In this document: positions 61,608-64,000 of the stretch, one piece after another | Layout of the letters: the number at the start of each line of letters is the position of its first letter | How positions within the stretch are numbered: position 1 is the stretch's first letter | Assembly (NCBI RefSeq): GCF_000143415.4 | Contig: NW_003314277.1 | Coordinates: forward strand, 614,642-678,641 | Direction of reading: 5' to 3' | From: Selaginella moellendorffii | Lineage: Eukaryota; Plantae; Lycopodiophyta | Length of the DNA stretch: 64,000 nucleotides | Notes under the pieces: model-generated | The model's input: only the letters and a program-made list of their open reading frames with translations | What the model was told of the DNA's origin: nothing | Database searches by the model: none | Position numbers and translations under genes: made by a program

Positions 61608-63299
61608 TGGAGCTACCTTCGTACATTTCGAGTAGTCGGGGCTGGACAAGCAGTAACAGTAGGATTTGGGGAATGAGAAATTGCTGTAGGATGAGATGGG
61701 GTAGGAGAGTTTTCAGCCAGATTCTCCACTTGTTCCTTTTTGGTTTGCTCAATATGAATCTTATCCATGTCCTGAGGCATCTCCACTCCCTTCAAAAGTG
61801 CCTTTATAATAAAGTAGAAACATAAATTACTACTAGGAAGTTTTACTCATCAAACTTGGATGACACTTGAGGTAGAGATCAAGCTCAAAAGGTGACGATG
61901 GCATTTTCCTCCACCACTCCAAGTACCATGGACAAAGTTCTTGCTCTTGCGCAGTGGGACAATGGAACTCTGGCTCATACATGCCAAGCTTCTTCCCACC
62001 AGTTAAGAGCTTGAGAAAAACACTTGCTATGTACACTGGAGCACTTGGGCAATGATTTAAATACCTACAAAAGAGCCATGATTAAATAAGCAAGTCAATT
62101 TCTTGCAATATACCTATACGCCATGTGGCACAAGAAAAATGGTTGGCTCAGCTGGTTTTTGAAATCCATGGAGCTTGAGTTGCCATCAAGAAGCCATCCA
62201 TCCCCAAGCTCTTGAAGGGAATCTTAGACATATTTTAGAAGTGTTATGCTGGTGCAGGCACTAGTAAAGGACTTTGTATCCCATGCTTGAAGTAGCTCCT
62301 CAGCAACCGCAATACTCTAAGTGATATAGAGCTTTTCCTTCATAATATTCTCAAGTTTGCTCTCCAACCTCTTATCATTGTTAGGATGCTAAATGTTGAA
62401 GAGCTCCAAGCAAGCGGTTTGTTTGTTGAAAGAGAGCTTGCTTTTTGTGATGTTATAGATCAATTCTTTAGGTGCTTTACAATTTCCTGTAAGGATAATT
62501 CAAAGTGGAATGAGAAAGATAAAAAGGATTAACTTACTGCCACAAGAGCATATCTCTACAATGCAATCCAGCCAATTTTTATCATGTCGAATGTGCACAA
62601 TCGCAAGTAGCTTCTTCACCTTTGATTTCTTCAAGTTCAAAATATGCTGCTCAACTTGTCGCAATTCAAGGTTCTTTTCCACTTCATTTGTCACTTGCAT
62701 AATCTTCAAATATTGAGTTTTGCTCCACCTTGACAATTGGCTAAAAGGAAAACTTGTGAGTAGAAAACACAAGTTTATGCAAGAAAAGGATACTTTTGCC
62801 CAAACCGCAACCAAAAAATCCACTTAATACCAAGTAAGCAACTCTTGGCCTTTATGTGCTACAAGCTTTTCTTAAACTTCTTCCATAACTTCACAACTAT
62901 ACAACATTGAGATTTCCTTGAGAGAAAGCATGTCAACATATTGAAAGTGCTCAATATCATGGACTAAGATATGTGCTTGGAAAGAAAACTGATTAAGCTT
63001 GTAACATAGTTGGTGAGAACAAAGATTACTAGTAAGGGATTCTTACATGTTGATCTTGTGACATGCTAAGTTAAACCTCACAACTTAGTTTCAATCCTCT
63101 ATCTCCACAAGTGTTATTAGAAGTTCCTTTTATGGGGAACTCTACTTAAGCTCTTGGTCCATTTTCCATAGCCGTATATATCAAGGAGGCATTAGGCCTA
63201 TCACTCTAAGATAGTACACTTTTCAACGCCTATGAGTGCCTTCAAACTTTCCTCAGCCTTTGCCTCGAGCTAAAAAACAACATATTACGAACATAAAAT

Positions 63300-64000
63300 A
63301 CAAGATGAATTTTCACCCCAACTGGCAACTGCACCTAATAAGCCGCTTTACTAATGCACTCCAGCACTTCATATGGACCAATATAATGATGAGAAAGTTT
63401 CTCACTCTTCCCACTTCACCAAGGTGTTCTGCCACTCACTTGATGAAAAGATCACCCACCTTATATTCTTAGAATTGGTGATGCTCACTAGCAAACTTCT
63501 CCATTGTATCTTGAGTTGCTTATAAATTTCGTTTGCACACCACTAGAATCTCATCAAGTTCTATGGCTAGATCAATTCCCTCAGAATCAAGTTTATCTTC
63601 AACATCTTTACTCAAATGCAATTGCAACTCTATTGCTATAGCACACTTTATCTCTCTCCTCTTAAGTCAACTGGAAAAGGGGCAATTGTTTGATGAGAGA
63701 GCCCTTAGTGCCTATTTTATCCCCCTTTATCCCCCAAGGTTCCAAGGATCCATGGTGATAGTATTTCCAAATCTCATCCCATGATTACATACGCTACAAT
63801 TGTTGTTTAAGGATGCCTTCCAAACATGGCAGAGTAAGGACTTAACTTAGTTCCACTATGTTGGCTATTGTTATATACAAATTGCACCAACGGAAGGTAT
63901 AGATCCCACTGTCCCTACCTTTGACTAAGTGTAGTATATCCTTCACAACGTGATTCACACACTTGGTTTGCCCATCCGTCTAAGTCTCCACTCGAGAGTT
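63300..64000 (-). mobile_element. Gypsy integrase remnant
   Basis: TDGQTKCVNH, WDLYLPLVQFVYNNSQHS..SPY..MFGRHP, YKVGD, YIGPYEV. Confidence 0.8.
63637..63798 (-). mobile_element. Solo LTR of the TRIM at 26213
   Basis: Reverse complement of 26213-26373; TSD ATTGC/ATTGT. Confidence 0.85.

Overview
Transposon-dense plant nuclear DNA. Evidence for a plant: (CCCTAAA)n repeats, PLS-PPR fragments, tRNA-iMet primer sites and a Cassandra TRIM. Introns of about 47-57 nt plus Crinkler-like genes suggest a lycophyte such as Selaginella (inference). Most of the window is nested LTR retroelements (Gypsy remnants, solo LTRs, two TRIM families), with hAT and PIF/Harbinger pseudogenes and gene fragments (PP2, oleosin, PPR, non-canonical tocopherol cyclase). 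Two apparently intact Crinkler/CR-type genes are present (REase+kinase; NTPase+REase). The stand-out is a 13.7-kb DNA transposon (32939-46632) with perfect 22-bp TIRs and two divergent genes: a Sola1-like DDD transposase, and an 11-exon, ~1645-aa gene with ParB/Srx-like, methyltransferase-like, acidic and FCP1-type HAD phosphatase regions. About 30 copies of a 22-bp palindrome (ATGGCRTG-N6-CAYGCCAT) are spread through this element, many inside its short introns, and I found no convincing copy outside the TIRs. A second degenerate repeat family in the window carries an N6/N4 DNA-methyltransferase-like pseudogene. All domain calls are by-eye motif recognition, not database searches.
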